A stretch of DNA of 64,000 nucleotides from Phycisphaerae bacterium (GTDB lineage Bacteria; Planctomycetota; Phycisphaerae; UBA1845; Fen-1342). Each line of letters begins with the position of its first letter. Position 1 is the first letter of the stretch. The translations under genes and the position numbers were made by a program. Shown piece after piece: positions 36,210 to 45,490 of this stretch. Below the pieces are notes generated by a model that did not search any database, was not told where the DNA came from, and saw only the letters and a program-made list of their open reading frames with translations. The stretch spans positions 128,001 to 192,000 of the forward strand of contig CAXXWX010000027.1 in assembly GCA_963675745.2 (NCBI GenBank), in the 5' to 3' direction.

Positions 36210-37304
36210 ATGTCGCACATCCCCACAGAGCCAACCCTGCCGCCGGGCTTACCGGATGATTGGGTGATGCCGACGGACGTTGAGTGTCCATCGTGTCACT
36301 ACAACCTGCGCATGCTGCGCACGCCGCGCTGTCCGGAGTGTGGTTCGGTATTCCGCTGGCAGACGCTCTTGCACATCCGCTGCCCGCGCTGCGATCAGCC
36401 GCTGCATGAGATAGACGATGAACAGTGCCCCAGGTGCGGGCTGCCCCTGGCCTGGAGGCTCCTGCTGGATCAAGCGGACGCCATCGACGCGAATCTCTAC
36501 GAATACACCCGGCGGCCGATCGGCGCGGCGGTCGGCGCATTCACCGCCGCACTGAATCCCTTCACGTTCTGGCGCCGGCGACCGCTGGAGGCGCCGCCGG
36601 TGGTTAAGCGGCTGCGGCGGCTGCGCATGGTGGCGGTGATTGTGGCGATCGCCGGCCTCGTGTTGCTGAGCGAACTCGACGCCGGCATCTATTGGCTGAG
36701 GATATGGCTGGACATCGACAGCCTGCGTGTGCTGCTCCCGCGCTTCGCCGTCGTGTTGACGTTGCCGATCGTTACGATGATCGCGTTGCCGATGTTCACG
36801 CCCACGCTCGCGCGGTTTCGCTTGCGGCGGGATCGACTGCTCAGGCTGATGGCTTACGGCTGCGCCGGGATGTGGTGGATCGGCGCGGTGCTCATTGTCG
36901 CGTCCGCCGCCGGCCATGCATGGAATGAGTTTGGAGCAACGATGCGTCCGCGGATGATCATCAATGCAATGACCGTCCCGCTGTCGAACGAGATCTTCTT
37001 TAGTGGCGAAGTGGTACTGGATCTGATCACGCACGGGCGCGTGATGCCGCGCGGCGGGTGGTACTGCCCACCAACGGCGCACTGGTTCTCTCTTGAAGTG
37101 GCTGCGTTGATCGCGATCTTCGCCTTTGTCTGGTGGTGGCTGTTTTTGTACACAGGGTTGCGGCGGTATCTGCGGATCGATCGCGGGAACGCGGTGGCGC
37201 TGTTTGCTTCGACGCAGGTGATCGCGTTGCTGGTGCTGGCAATACTGCTGTTGCTGAATACGGCCATAGCCGAGACGGCCGGACGGATGCTCATCGGGCG
37301 GTAG
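36210..37304 (+). CDS. membrane protein with N-terminal double Zn-ribbon
   Basis: CPSC/CPEC/CPRC/CPRC then ~5 TM helices. Confidence 0.7.
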   Translation: MSHIPTEPTLPPGLPDDWVMPTDVECPSCHYNLRMLRTPRCPECGSVFRWQTLLHIRCPRCDQPLHEIDDEQCPRCGLPLAWRLLLDQADAIDANLYEYTRRPIGAAVGAFTAALNPFTFWRRRPLEAPPVVKRLRRLRMVAVIVAIAGLVLLSELDAGIYWLRIWLDIDSLRVLLPRFAVVLTLPIVTMIALPMFTPTLARFRLRRDRLLRLMAYGCAGMWWIGAVLIVASAAGHAWNEFGATMRPRMIINAMTVPLSNEIFFSGEVVLDLITHGRVMPRGGWYCPPTAHWFSLEVAALIAIFAFVWWWLFLYTGLRRYLRIDRGNAVALFASTQVIALLVLAILLLLNTAIAETAGRMLIGR

Positions 37305-37389
37305 CGTCCGACCCCCGAGTCGGACGTTTTGTTTTCGTGAGTTTCCACCCACGACAAGGCACGGCCGACTCGGGGGTCGGCCGCTACGG
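37301..37389. repeat. inverted pair of GTAG-type REP palindromes
   Basis: GTAGCGTCCGACCCCCGAGTCGGACG ... CGGCCGACTCGGGGGTCGGCCGCTACG. Confidence 0.8.
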
Positions 37390-37405
37390 TCAGCGACTAA
37401 GCGCC

Positions 37406-38104
37406 TTACCGGCCTACCAGTTCTTCCAGCGATTCGAGGCGTCGGCGCAGGTCGGCGATCTCCTCGTGCAACTCGCCGATCTCTGCCTGTATGTTCTCCA
37501 GCTCGTCATGTGGAATCGCGGCCACCTGCGCCGGTGACGCCGACCTGGCCTGCGGCGGCGCGGCTGTGATTCCGCCGACCGCCGCCGGCTGGGCTTTGGG
37601 AGCTTCGCCGGCTTCGTAGAGCAGGTGGCGATGGCGAATCGCCGATCGGCCCGCCTCGCGCGGCATCGCCATCACCACCGGTGAATCCCCGCCGGCCAGC
37701 GACTCCAGCGTCTCGGCCACGGCGTCGGTGCTGGCGAAGGCGTGCATGCGCGCACAACGCGACCGCAACTCGCCGACCGTCTGCGGGCCACGCAATAGCA
37801 GCTCGGCCATGATTGCCAACTGGGGCGTCTGCCAACCGACGGTGCGACCGAGATCATGGCGAAAGCGGTCGGTGCGCGAGCCGGCGCCGGCCAACACGCG
37901 CGAGATCAGGTCGCGCCCGCGCAGCTCCTCCAGCGTGTCGTAGACGGTCGCCTCGTCCAACTCCATGGTCGGATCGCGGTTGGACTTCTGGTTACACCCG
38001 TTGACCAGCGCGTTGAGCGTCAGCGGGTAATACTGCGGTTGCGACAACTGCTTCTCGATCAGAACGCCCAGCACGCGGCGCTGGAGCTCGTTGAGCGGAT
38101 CCAT
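37406..38104 (-). CDS. yceH: DUF480/YceH family protein
   Basis: RVLGVLIEK, YPLTLNAL, CNQKSNRDP, LLLRGPQT. Confidence 0.85.
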   Translation of the reverse strand: MDPLNELQRRVLGVLIEKQLSQPQYYPLTLNALVNGCNQKSNRDPTMELDEATVYDTLEELRGRDLISRVLAGAGSRTDRFRHDLGRTVGWQTPQLAIMAELLLRGPQTVGELRSRCARMHAFASTDAVAETLESLAGGDSPVVMAMPREAGRSAIRHRHLLYEAGEAPKAQPAAVGGITAAPPQARSASPAQVAAIPHDELENIQAEIGELHEEIADLRRRLESLEELVGR

Positions 38105-38158
38105 GTATCTCGTCTCTCCAAGAGGTTCGCCGACACCGGCGGCGACGCACCATGCCGA

Positions 38159-39028
38159 TCAGGGGAAAACTGAAACGTCGATGCCCACGGCCCGCACCGC
38201 CTGCGCAATGTGCTCCAGCGCCTCGGCCTCCAACGGGCTGACGAACACCTCGGCGGCCGGCCGCGCGATTGTATACACCTGCACTTCCTTGATTTGCGCC
38301 CCCTGCTCGCGCAGCTCGCGCAGACGCGCTACATACGCACTGATCTCGGCTTCTGGCGGCGGCTCGCCTCGATAACGCAGGAACAACGACTGTATCACGA
38401 GCGGCCGCCGACACGCCGCGTCGAGGATGTTGGCCAGCACATGGGCAAGCGGGTGGCTCGGGCGCGTGATCTGGCGGAAGTAGTCCTCCGTGCCGGCGTC
38501 GAGCTTGGCCCAGATCTCGCCGCCGTGCTGATCCAGATACGCCAGTGTCTCCACGACTTTGGGGCGCGCGAGGAAGCAGGCGTCGGTGATCGTGATGAGC
38601 TTGGCCTCGTCCAGTCCGAATTCCTGCTTGACGGCGACGGCGATTCGGGCGGCCTCGGCGAATTGTGGCGACGCCGTCGGCTCACCACTGCCGGAAAAGG
38701 CGATGTCGTGCAGCGCGCGGAACCGCGCCGGGATTTCCCGAAACTCCGGCTCCTCGAACAGCGAGTCGCGCTGGGCCACCATCTGGCGCAACTCCGCCGA
38801 CAAGACGGCCAGATCGACTTTCCGCACGCGCGGCGCCTGCGCGCGGTCCACGCAGCAGTAAACGCAGTCAAAGTTGCAGGCCTTGTCCGGGTTCAGCTCG
38901 ATGCCGATGCTCAACCCGTGGCTGCGGCGGGATATTACCGGGTACACATAGAAGTATTCACGCCACTGGCGCGGGTGGTGGCGAAAGGCCACCTGCAACG
39001 CTCGGGACTTGCGGCGTTCCTCGCTCAT
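38159..39028 (-). CDS. radical SAM protein (uncharacterised)
   Basis: YPVISRRS, CNFDCVYC, FSGSGEPT, KLDAG. Confidence 0.88.
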   Translation of the reverse strand: MSEERRKSRALQVAFRHHPRQWREYFYVYPVISRRSHGLSIGIELNPDKACNFDCVYCCVDRAQAPRVRKVDLAVLSAELRQMVAQRDSLFEEPEFREIPARFRALHDIAFSGSGEPTASPQFAEAARIAVAVKQEFGLDEAKLITITDACFLARPKVVETLAYLDQHGGEIWAKLDAGTEDYFRQITRPSHPLAHVLANILDAACRRPLVIQSLFLRYRGEPPPEAEISAYVARLRELREQGAQIKEVQVYTIARPAAEVFVSPLEAEALEHIAQAVRAVGIDVSVFP

Positions 39029-39217
39029 CGCATCTCAGCATACGAAATTCGACATCGACCGGCGACGACCACAATACAATCAACCGCGGATGTGACCTCA
39101 TCCTCCATGCGTCGTGGAGGTGGGTCGGCGGGATGACAGTGGCTCGCCTATCCCGCCAATCCGAAATCGACCCGTCGCCAGGGCCTGGCGGCGGGTCACT
39201 TTTGCGCGCCGGCACGT

Positions 39218-40168
39218 TCAGGGCCGCGCCAGACGCGCCACGTGTCCCGCTACGCAGCGCTCGAGCACCCCCAGATTATACCCACCCTCCAGCACACTCA
39301 GCAGCCGCCCCCCGGCCAGCCTGTCGGCCAGTTGCACCAGCACGTCACTCACCCACGTGAAAACTTCATCCGTCAGACGCAGGTTGCCCAGGGGGTCGTC
39401 AACGTGCCCGTCGAAACCCGCCGAGATGATGAAGAACTGCGGCGCGTAGCGCTCGATCTCCGGAATTACGCGGCCTTCAAATGCCGCCCGGAACTGCTCG
39501 TCGGTGGTCTCGGGCATGAGCGGAATGTTCAGCGTGTATCCGCGACCGGCGTCCATGCCGGTCTCTTCCTCATGTCCCGTGTGCGGATAAAGATAGTGCG
39601 GGTGGCCGTGCAGGCTGACGTAGAGCACCGACGGATCGCGCTCGAAGGTGTGCTGCGTGCCGTTGCCATGATGCACGTCGAAATCGAGGATCAAGAGGCG
39701 CTCGACTTTGTGCTCATCCTGCAACGCGCGCGCCGCCACCGCGACGTTATTGAACAGGCAGAAGCCCGCGGCCCGGTCGGCCTCGGCGTGATGTCCGGGT
39801 GGACGAACTGCGCAGAACGCGCGTTTGATCTCACCTTCGGCCACCAAGCGGGCGGCCTTGACCACGCCCCCCGCCGCCAGCCGGGCTATATCCCAGCTCT
39901 CGGGCGAAATCGGGCAATCGGGCGAGTCGATGTACGGCCAGGCCTGACGGCAGGCGCTCTCGACGTGTGTCAGATACGCCGCCGTGTGTACGCGCAGCAA
40001 CAGTGGATCGATGATCGGCGCCGGCGTGATATTCACGCGATGTTCGGCGGCGCCGGCGTTCTCGATGCCGGCGTTTACCGCGTCCAGCCGCTCAGCGCGC
40101 TCCGGATGTCCGGGGCCGGTGCCGTGTTGCTTGAATCGTTCGTCGTTGACGATGCCAAGAGTGTTCAT
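39218..40168 (-). CDS. histone deacetylase family amidohydrolase
   Basis: HPE, RPPGHHA, GFCLFNN, DFDVHHGNGT, SAGFD, LEGGY. Confidence 0.93.
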   Translation of the reverse strand: MNTLGIVNDERFKQHGTGPGHPERAERLDAVNAGIENAGAAEHRVNITPAPIIDPLLLRVHTAAYLTHVESACRQAWPYIDSPDCPISPESWDIARLAAGGVVKAARLVAEGEIKRAFCAVRPPGHHAEADRAAGFCLFNNVAVAARALQDEHKVERLLILDFDVHHGNGTQHTFERDPSVLYVSLHGHPHYLYPHTGHEEETGMDAGRGYTLNIPLMPETTDEQFRAAFEGRVIPEIERYAPQFFIISAGFDGHVDDPLGNLRLTDEVFTWVSDVLVQLADRLAGGRLLSVLEGGYNLGVLERCVAGHVARLARP

Positions 40169-40269
40169 CGGCGCATTATAGTCCCGGCGCGAGCAGGAGT
40201 CATCGACGCGGTGTGCGGGCGGGGACGGTGTCGGACCAACATCACGCGTCCGTACAAGCGGAAGCTCTG

Positions 40270-40483
40270 GTCGGCTTCAGCCGACCAGTCACTGCCACCG
40301 GTTTCAACCGGCGGAGCGCGGTCCTCACCATTGTCGCCCCTACGTGGAGCCGGGCTTTAGCCGGCTTCTGATTTTCCGCTGCCCCTGGAAGCCCGGCTGA
40401 AGCCGGCTGTCTGTGAAGGGGGACAGGGGACCTTTCATCCACCAACTGAAGTTGGTGGCAGGCTCTGGTCGGCTGAAGCTGAC
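40270..40483. repeat. ~215-bp multi-hairpin element (copy 1); inverted copy at 42444-42659
   Basis: GTCGGCTTCAGCCGAC, CACCGGTTTCAACCGG, GCCGGGCTTTAGCCGGC, CCACCAACTGAAGTTGGTGG palindromes. Confidence 0.8.
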
Positions 40484-40574
40484 TGGCAGCCTGGGTGCAG
40501 CGACACGCGCGAAACACGACCCCCGATGCGGCATGCGCTCGGGCCCGCGACACAATCGCTGGATCGTAGTCAGG

Positions 40575-40760
40575 CCGTCCCGTAGGGACGCAATGAACAT
40601 AGCCCAGCACGCAGTGCTGGGGCAATTGTGGGCACGTGAAAACCGAGTCCCGCAGGGACGACTGAGCTTTCAATCGTCCCGTGCGGGACTCGGCGGCTGC
40701 GCAGGCGATCCCAACCCAGCACTGCGTGCTGGGCTAAACTCAGATGCCCCTTGCGGGGCG
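40575..40760. repeat. BIME-like cluster of short palindromes
   Basis: GTCCCG(T/C)AGGGAC x3 and CCCAGCACGCAGTGCTGGG / CCCAGCACTGCGTGCTGGG inverted pair. Confidence 0.75.
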
Positions 40761-40932
40761 AATAACTCGAGACCACGGGCGCGGAATCCACGCCGGCGTT
40801 GCCACGGCTGCACGCGTTCGCCGGCGTCAACGGCTCTCTTCCACCGCCGTCGACTTGCGTGTATATTGATGCGATTGACAATGGGCGTTCAACCGCACGG
40901 CCGCTTGGCGTGCGGCGCGCACCAGACAAGAC

Positions 40933-41007
40933 GGTGGCGTAGCTCAGCTGGTCTAGAGCGGTGGATTCATAACCCACAGGTCGGCGGTTCAAGTCCGCCC
41001 GCCACCA
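40933..41007 (+). tRNA. tRNA-Met (CAT), elongator type (Ile2 not excluded), CCA not encoded
   Basis: GGTGGCG/CGCCACC paired acceptor (no C1:A72 mismatch), TTCATAA loop, GGTTCAAGTCC. Confidence 0.92.
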
Positions 41008-41086
41008 TTTGCCTTTGTGGCTACCCGGCAGATGAAGTCCAAGCCGAAGGCGTAATGAAGACACTTCCTTTAGGGCGGGCAACATC

Positions 41087-41449
41087 GTGAGACACAAGCC
41101 AACGGCAGAGGAGATCGCGCGGGGGCTGGTGGCGGCGGTCAACGAAAGCGACCAGCGTGTGGGGCCAGTGATCGACGCGCTGCGGGCGATACTGGCATCC
41201 AGCCACTTATCTGATGCTACGGCATGCGAGACCATCGGCTGGCGGCTCACGAGTGACCTCATCTTAGGGGAATCGTGCAGCGCAGGGATGACAAGCTTGC
41301 CGACGGACCTGCGAGTGCTGATCGAGGATCTGGCGACGTTCTTGCACGATGTTCACAGCGCACGGGACATTCCAAAAATGTTCGAGAGTGATCCGCAGCA
41401 GTTGCTTCGGCGACTTGATGAGCTGGACGACACGTGCGCAGGAGAGTAA
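41087..41449 (+). CDS. hypothetical protein
   Basis: 120-aa ORF with protein-like composition right after tRNA-Met. Confidence 0.5.
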   Translation: MRHKPTAEEIARGLVAAVNESDQRVGPVIDALRAILASSHLSDATACETIGWRLTSDLILGESCSAGMTSLPTDLRVLIEDLATFLHDVHSARDIPKMFESDPQQLLRRLDELDDTCAGE

Positions 41450-41516
41450 TTCCGGCGAGCCCTGGCCTTGAGTTGGATCGCACCGGCACCAACGGAGTAA
41501 GCGCGAGGACAGCTCG

Positions 41517-41927
41517 GTGAGTTTCCTGACCGTTGATCCCATTGGCCGCGTACTAACGGGCATCGATGATGCCCAGGTGCTTCTGACGGTACGCACGGAG
41601 TGCCTACGGCGCGCAAATACATCCTGGCTGATTGCAGGTGGCGCCCTGATCGGTGGTGTGCTTGGCACGATCGAAGGGGGCGTTGTGGCCTGGCTTCTTG
41701 GTATACGAGGCACCACCGGGATGGTATGGTTGGCGATATGTGTGACGCTCAACCTGTGTTTGATTCGATACTGCGCCGGCCTGTACGCGCTACGTTTTCT
41801 GCCTGACATACTGAGGTCGATGGGACGCTGCACGAACTGCGGATACTCGCTGAGCAACGGCGAGATGTGTCGCTGCCCCGAGTGTGGCGAAGCCGTCAGT
41901 GAAGAAGACGCGTCAAACGTCGAGTAA
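41517..41927 (+). CDS. hypothetical membrane protein with C-terminal Zn ribbon
   Basis: two TM helices then CTNCGY...CPECG. Confidence 0.6.
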   Translation: MSFLTVDPIGRVLTGIDDAQVLLTVRTECLRRANTSWLIAGGALIGGVLGTIEGGVVAWLLGIRGTTGMVWLAICVTLNLCLIRYCAGLYALRFLPDILRSMGRCTNCGYSLSNGEMCRCPECGEAVSEEDASNVE

Positions 41928-41978
41928 CGTCAATACGCAGGGCTGCGAACCGCCGCCACGGGATAAGGGTGACGTTCC

Positions 41979-42356
41979 GTGAACACTCAGGATCACCACA
42001 AACCGAGATGCCCGCTCTGCGGCAGCGATCAGGATGTGAGAGCCGCAACGAAGAGTGAATACAGTTGGCGGTTTCTCATTCTCCGTTGGCCGTATGTCTG
42101 TACCGCCTGCGAATGGGTGTTCGAGCCGGTGCCCGGCGTGTGGCATTCCAGTGTGGGCCTCGGCTTTGGTGCATTAATGCTGGCCGCCGCCGTCGGCAAC
42201 CTCTTGCTAATCGCTACCGGGCGGGAGCCGACCGCATGGCGGATTGTGAATAACCTGATCAGCTTCGCGATTCTGTGCCCTTTCGGCATCGTGGTCCTTA
42301 TCATATCCGCACGCGGTCTCAAACGGTCACTGCACCAGCGCGGCGAACAACACTGA
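41979..42356 (+). CDS. hypothetical membrane protein with N-terminal Zn ribbon
   Basis: CPLCG...CTAC then two TM helices. Confidence 0.6.
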   Translation: MNTQDHHKPRCPLCGSDQDVRAATKSEYSWRFLILRWPYVCTACEWVFEPVPGVWHSSVGLGFGALMLAAAVGNLLLIATGREPTAWRIVNNLISFAILCPFGIVVLIISARGLKRSLHQRGEQH

Positions 42357-42443
42357 CCGTCAGCCCGTGGCGCCGTTCCCGCCGGCAGTGGGGTAAACTC
42401 ACCCGCAGGACGGCATACCTCGCGCGAGATCCCGCATCCGCCG

Positions 42444-42659
42444 GTCGGCTTCAGCCGATCAGTCCTTGCCACCAACTTCAGTTGGTGGAACGAGGTAGTC
42501 CGCCTCCCCCTCCCGACACAGCCGGCGTTCAGCCGGGCTTTCAGAGGCGACGCAAGACGAGAAGCCGGCTCAAGCCCGGCTCTCTGTGAAAACAAGGTTG
42601 ATGGCACGCGCCCACCACCGGTTGAAACTGGTGGCAATCACAGCTCGGCTGAAGCCGAC
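42444..42659. repeat. ~215-bp multi-hairpin element (inverted copy 2)
   Basis: Same palindromes as 40270-40483 in reverse order. Confidence 0.8.
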
Positions 42660-42819
42660 CAACACCGGATCGCTTTGACACACGTGGGGCTGCCCGCCGT
42701 TGATGGCGCCGCCGGCGCGTAGCCTGGTTGTCGCCGACGGCGGTGTCCCGCACCGCGAGCCGGCTTGCCCGCTCCCGCCATCTGGACGCCCCGTGCGGCG
42801 GCCAATAGGATGGCTAATC

Positions 42820-43305
42820 ATGTCCGCCGAGCCCAACGAAATGCTGCGTGCCGCGCTGCTGGACTTCCTTGACGAAGCCTTCAACCGCCGATCATGGCAC
42901 GGCACGAATCTGCGCGGCTCGATCCGGGGGCTCAGCGCGGCTGTCGCGTCACGCCGTACGACTGCCAGCCGACACACGATCGCCGAGCTGGTCGTCCATT
43001 GCGCGTATTGGAAGTACAGCGTTCGCCGGCGGTTGTTGGATCAGCCGCGCGGCGAATTTCCGCTCAAGGGTAGCGACTGGTTCACATTGCCCGACACCCC
43101 CACCGACGCCGACTGGAAGGGCTACGTCAAGCTGCTGGCCAGCGAGCACGACCAGCTTCGTGCGGCGGTCGCGTCCTTCGACGCCGCCCGGCTGGAACAG
43201 GTGCCGGCGGGCGGGAAGGTCCCCTTCGATATGCTCATCCGCGGCGTCGCATTGCACGACGTCTACCACGCCGGCCAGATTCAGGTGATCAAGCGCGTCC
43301 GCTGA
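42820..43305 (+). CDS. DinB family protein
   Basis: WHG, HTIAELVVH, HDVYHAGQI. Confidence 0.85.
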   Translation: MSAEPNEMLRAALLDFLDEAFNRRSWHGTNLRGSIRGLSAAVASRRTTASRHTIAELVVHCAYWKYSVRRRLLDQPRGEFPLKGSDWFTLPDTPTDADWKGYVKLLASEHDQLRAAVASFDAARLEQVPAGGKVPFDMLIRGVALHDVYHAGQIQVIKRVR

Positions 43306-43317
43306 CCATGACGCCGC

Positions 43318-43492
43318 GTGGGTGCCCCGCATGGGTGCCCCACGGCTTGCCGTGGGGGACTGACCGGAGGTAGGTTGGCACTTCAAACGGTGGGTGTGGG
43401 TGCCCCGCGGCTTGCCGTGGGGGACTGACGAGAGGTAGGTTGGCACTCCCACCGCCTGATCAGTCCCCCACCTCAAGAGGTGGGGCACCCGC
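43318..43492. repeat. GTGGGTGCCCC-type REP-like palindromes (two direct, one inverted)
   Basis: TGGGTGCCCC(A/G)CGGCTTGCCGTGGGGGACTGA...GAGGTAGGTTGGCACT twice; CAGTCCCCCAC...GTGGGGCACCC. Confidence 0.8.
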
Positions 43493-43556
43493 GCGTATGT
43501 GGCGCCGTCCGCGTTCGACGGCCGACGAGGACGTCGGCCGCTTCTATGCAAGCTCC

Positions 43557-43777
43557 GTGTCTGTCAAGCGGCGTTGGGGGGTGGACCCCAATCTTCTATC
43601 CGAGCATCTCCTGCGAGCAGGATAGCCCACACGGGTATTCCGAGCGGTGCGGGTTGCCCCATCTACGAACGAGCGTCAACAACAGCCCCAGCGGCCAACG
43701 AGCTCACCCGCGCCAAGATCCTCTCCCAGCCAAACGCCGCCCTCCGGTGCTCTCCGGAGGGGAAAGAAGTCTGTTTT
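43557..43777 (-). ncRNA. candidate bridge/seek RNA of the IS110 element
   Basis: Structured non-coding end downstream of the transposase containing target- and donor-matching segments. Confidence 0.6.
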
Positions 43778-44812
43778 TTAGCCCGCCGCCTCCACCGACG
43801 GCAACATCTCGTAATACAACTTCCGCACCCAGCGATTGGCCACCGCCGCCACGATCACGCAGCGGGCCTTGCCGGCCTGCGACAGTCGCGCGGCCAGATC
43901 ACACCAGTGCGGATCGTAGCGTTTCAGGCGATGGGCCAGTTCGATCAACGCCAGCTTCAACTGGCGATTGCCGCCACGCACCAGGCCGGCGTCCGCCTGA
44001 CGCTCTCCGCTCGACGCATTCTGCGGGCTCACCCCGCAGTAGTGCGCCAACTGCTTGCCAGAACCGAACCGCTCAAACTGCCCGATCTCAGCACGCAGCA
44101 CGCCGGCCGTGATCAGCCCGATCCCAGCCTGCTCCAGTAAGCGTTGGACCAGCGGATCATCGGCGACCGTTTCTCCCAGCCGTTGTTCATATGTTTTGAT
44201 CTCCGCCGCCAGGTAATCCAGATGACGCAGATGCCGACCCAACAACCATTGCGATTCGTTCGGCAAACGTGCGTCCGACGCCAGTTCGGTCAACCAAGCC
44301 TGGCCGCGTCGGGTCCACACGCGTCGCACCGTCTCCGGCTTGCCGATCCGAAGATCCCGCAACAACGCCCGCACACGCAGCTTCACCCGTCGAGCCTCTT
44401 CGACCAACGCTTGCCGCCCGCGGGTCAGACGCCGCAGTTCGCGAATCGCCGACGGCGCCAGCCATACCGGCGGCAGATAGCCAACACGCCGCAGATCGGC
44501 CAGCACACGGGCGTCGCTGTAATCCGTCTTGTCCGGATTCCGCTTCATACGCCGCACAAAGCCCGGATGGGCCAGTTGCACCGGCCAGCCCCGCCGCTGA
44601 ATCAGTTCGTCGGCCAGAGTGGCGGCTCCGCAACACGCCTCGATCGCCACCCCGCCGATCGGACCAAAACGTTCGGCGTATGCGATCAAGCGATCGCCCT
44701 CACTGCGCAGCCGCCGCGTGCCGAGTTGGCAACCGTCCGCGTCCAAAACCACAACCTGCGAAACCTGATCGGCGTAGTCAATCCCTACAAATACCGGTAC
44801 GCTACCTTTCAT
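43778..44812 (-). CDS. IS110-family transposase (DEDD recombinase)
   Basis: FVGID, IEA, KTDYSDA, GIGLITA, YCGVSP..SSG, RGGN. Confidence 0.95.
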   Translation of the reverse strand: MKGSVPVFVGIDYADQVSQVVVLDADGCQLGTRRLRSEGDRLIAYAERFGPIGGVAIEACCGAATLADELIQRRGWPVQLAHPGFVRRMKRNPDKTDYSDARVLADLRRVGYLPPVWLAPSAIRELRRLTRGRQALVEEARRVKLRVRALLRDLRIGKPETVRRVWTRRGQAWLTELASDARLPNESQWLLGRHLRHLDYLAAEIKTYEQRLGETVADDPLVQRLLEQAGIGLITAGVLRAEIGQFERFGSGKQLAHYCGVSPQNASSGERQADAGLVRGGNRQLKLALIELAHRLKRYDPHWCDLAARLSQAGKARCVIVAAVANRWVRKLYYEMLPSVEAAG

Positions 44813-44929
44813 CGCTTGCTCCTTGGTCAGGAAACTCGATTTACCAACCCGAGTTGTACTCGGGAGACCAAGGAGCTTGCATCCCCATCTACGGCGGTGT
44901 GCGTGTGCCCCGCGGAGGTGTTGGCGTGG

Positions 44930-45253
44930 TCATGGCGGCCGCTTCGCACTTCTGAGCCAAGCCCAGATCGCCGCGCCGCCAAACCAGATCATCGTACCGG
45001 CAAACCAGTGCAACCCGCCTGTGTCGATCAGGATCAGGACAAACGCCGCCCGGAACCACGCTGTGCTGTTCCACCCCCAAACCAGGGAGATCGCCACGAA
45101 CAGCGATCCAAACACGGGAACGCCGGATATCCAGCCATAATCCTCCCGCGTCCCGCCGCTCAAGCGGTGAAGCAGATACCGCGGGAACGACAGGTAGAAA
45201 TTCGCGACGCAGATCACGCCGCCCAGCATCAGCAGGGCAATCCCCAGCAGCAT
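44930..45253 (-). CDS. small membrane protein
   Basis: 3-4 hydrophobic helices; SGVPVFGS, DTGG. Confidence 0.6.
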   Translation of the reverse strand: MLLGIALLMLGGVICVANFYLSFPRYLLHRLSGGTREDYGWISGVPVFGSLFVAISLVWGWNSTAWFRAAFVLILIDTGGLHWFAGTMIWFGGAAIWAWLRSAKRPP

Positions 45254-45490
45254 TTGCTTCGCCTCCGGCGTTGCAGCCGTGTGCTGCGCACATCGTACAT
45301 GATTGGCGTCCCAAGCGGCATGGCGGCGGCGCGAGCCGTCGGGCCCCGCTCTGCCGCCGGCACTTCGTTTGAGCCCGGCACGCAGGATTTTCGCACGGGA
45401 ATGTCGGATTCGGCTGTGGGTCGCTGGGTTGGATGTCGTGATCTCTTACGGCGGAGCTGCGTTCGATTCACGCTGCGAGAGGAGCATTCC

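Larger units (their letters stand above)
43543..44888 (-). mobile_element. IS110-family (IS1111-type) insertion sequence inserted in a GTAG REP
   Basis: 11-bp subterminal IRs ATGCAAGCTCC (43546-56)/GGAGCTTGCAT (44872-82); CT core repeated at 43541-42 and 44889-90; long 3' non-coding end. Confidence 0.85.

Noticed and set aside
41008..42443. Integron cassette array or tRNA-integrated prophage
   Set aside because: No integrase, no attC-like sites and no duplicated tRNA 3' end found
43318..43492. Possible CRISPR array (also considered for 11218-11534 and 35843-36181)
   Set aside because: Only 2-3 units, no unique equal-length spacers, no cas genes; REP/VNTR-like instead
44144..45490. N-terminal half of the 982-aa ORF 44144-47092
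   Set aside because: It is the antisense shadow of the IS110 transposase and the 44930 gene; the real start with SD and signal peptide is 45491
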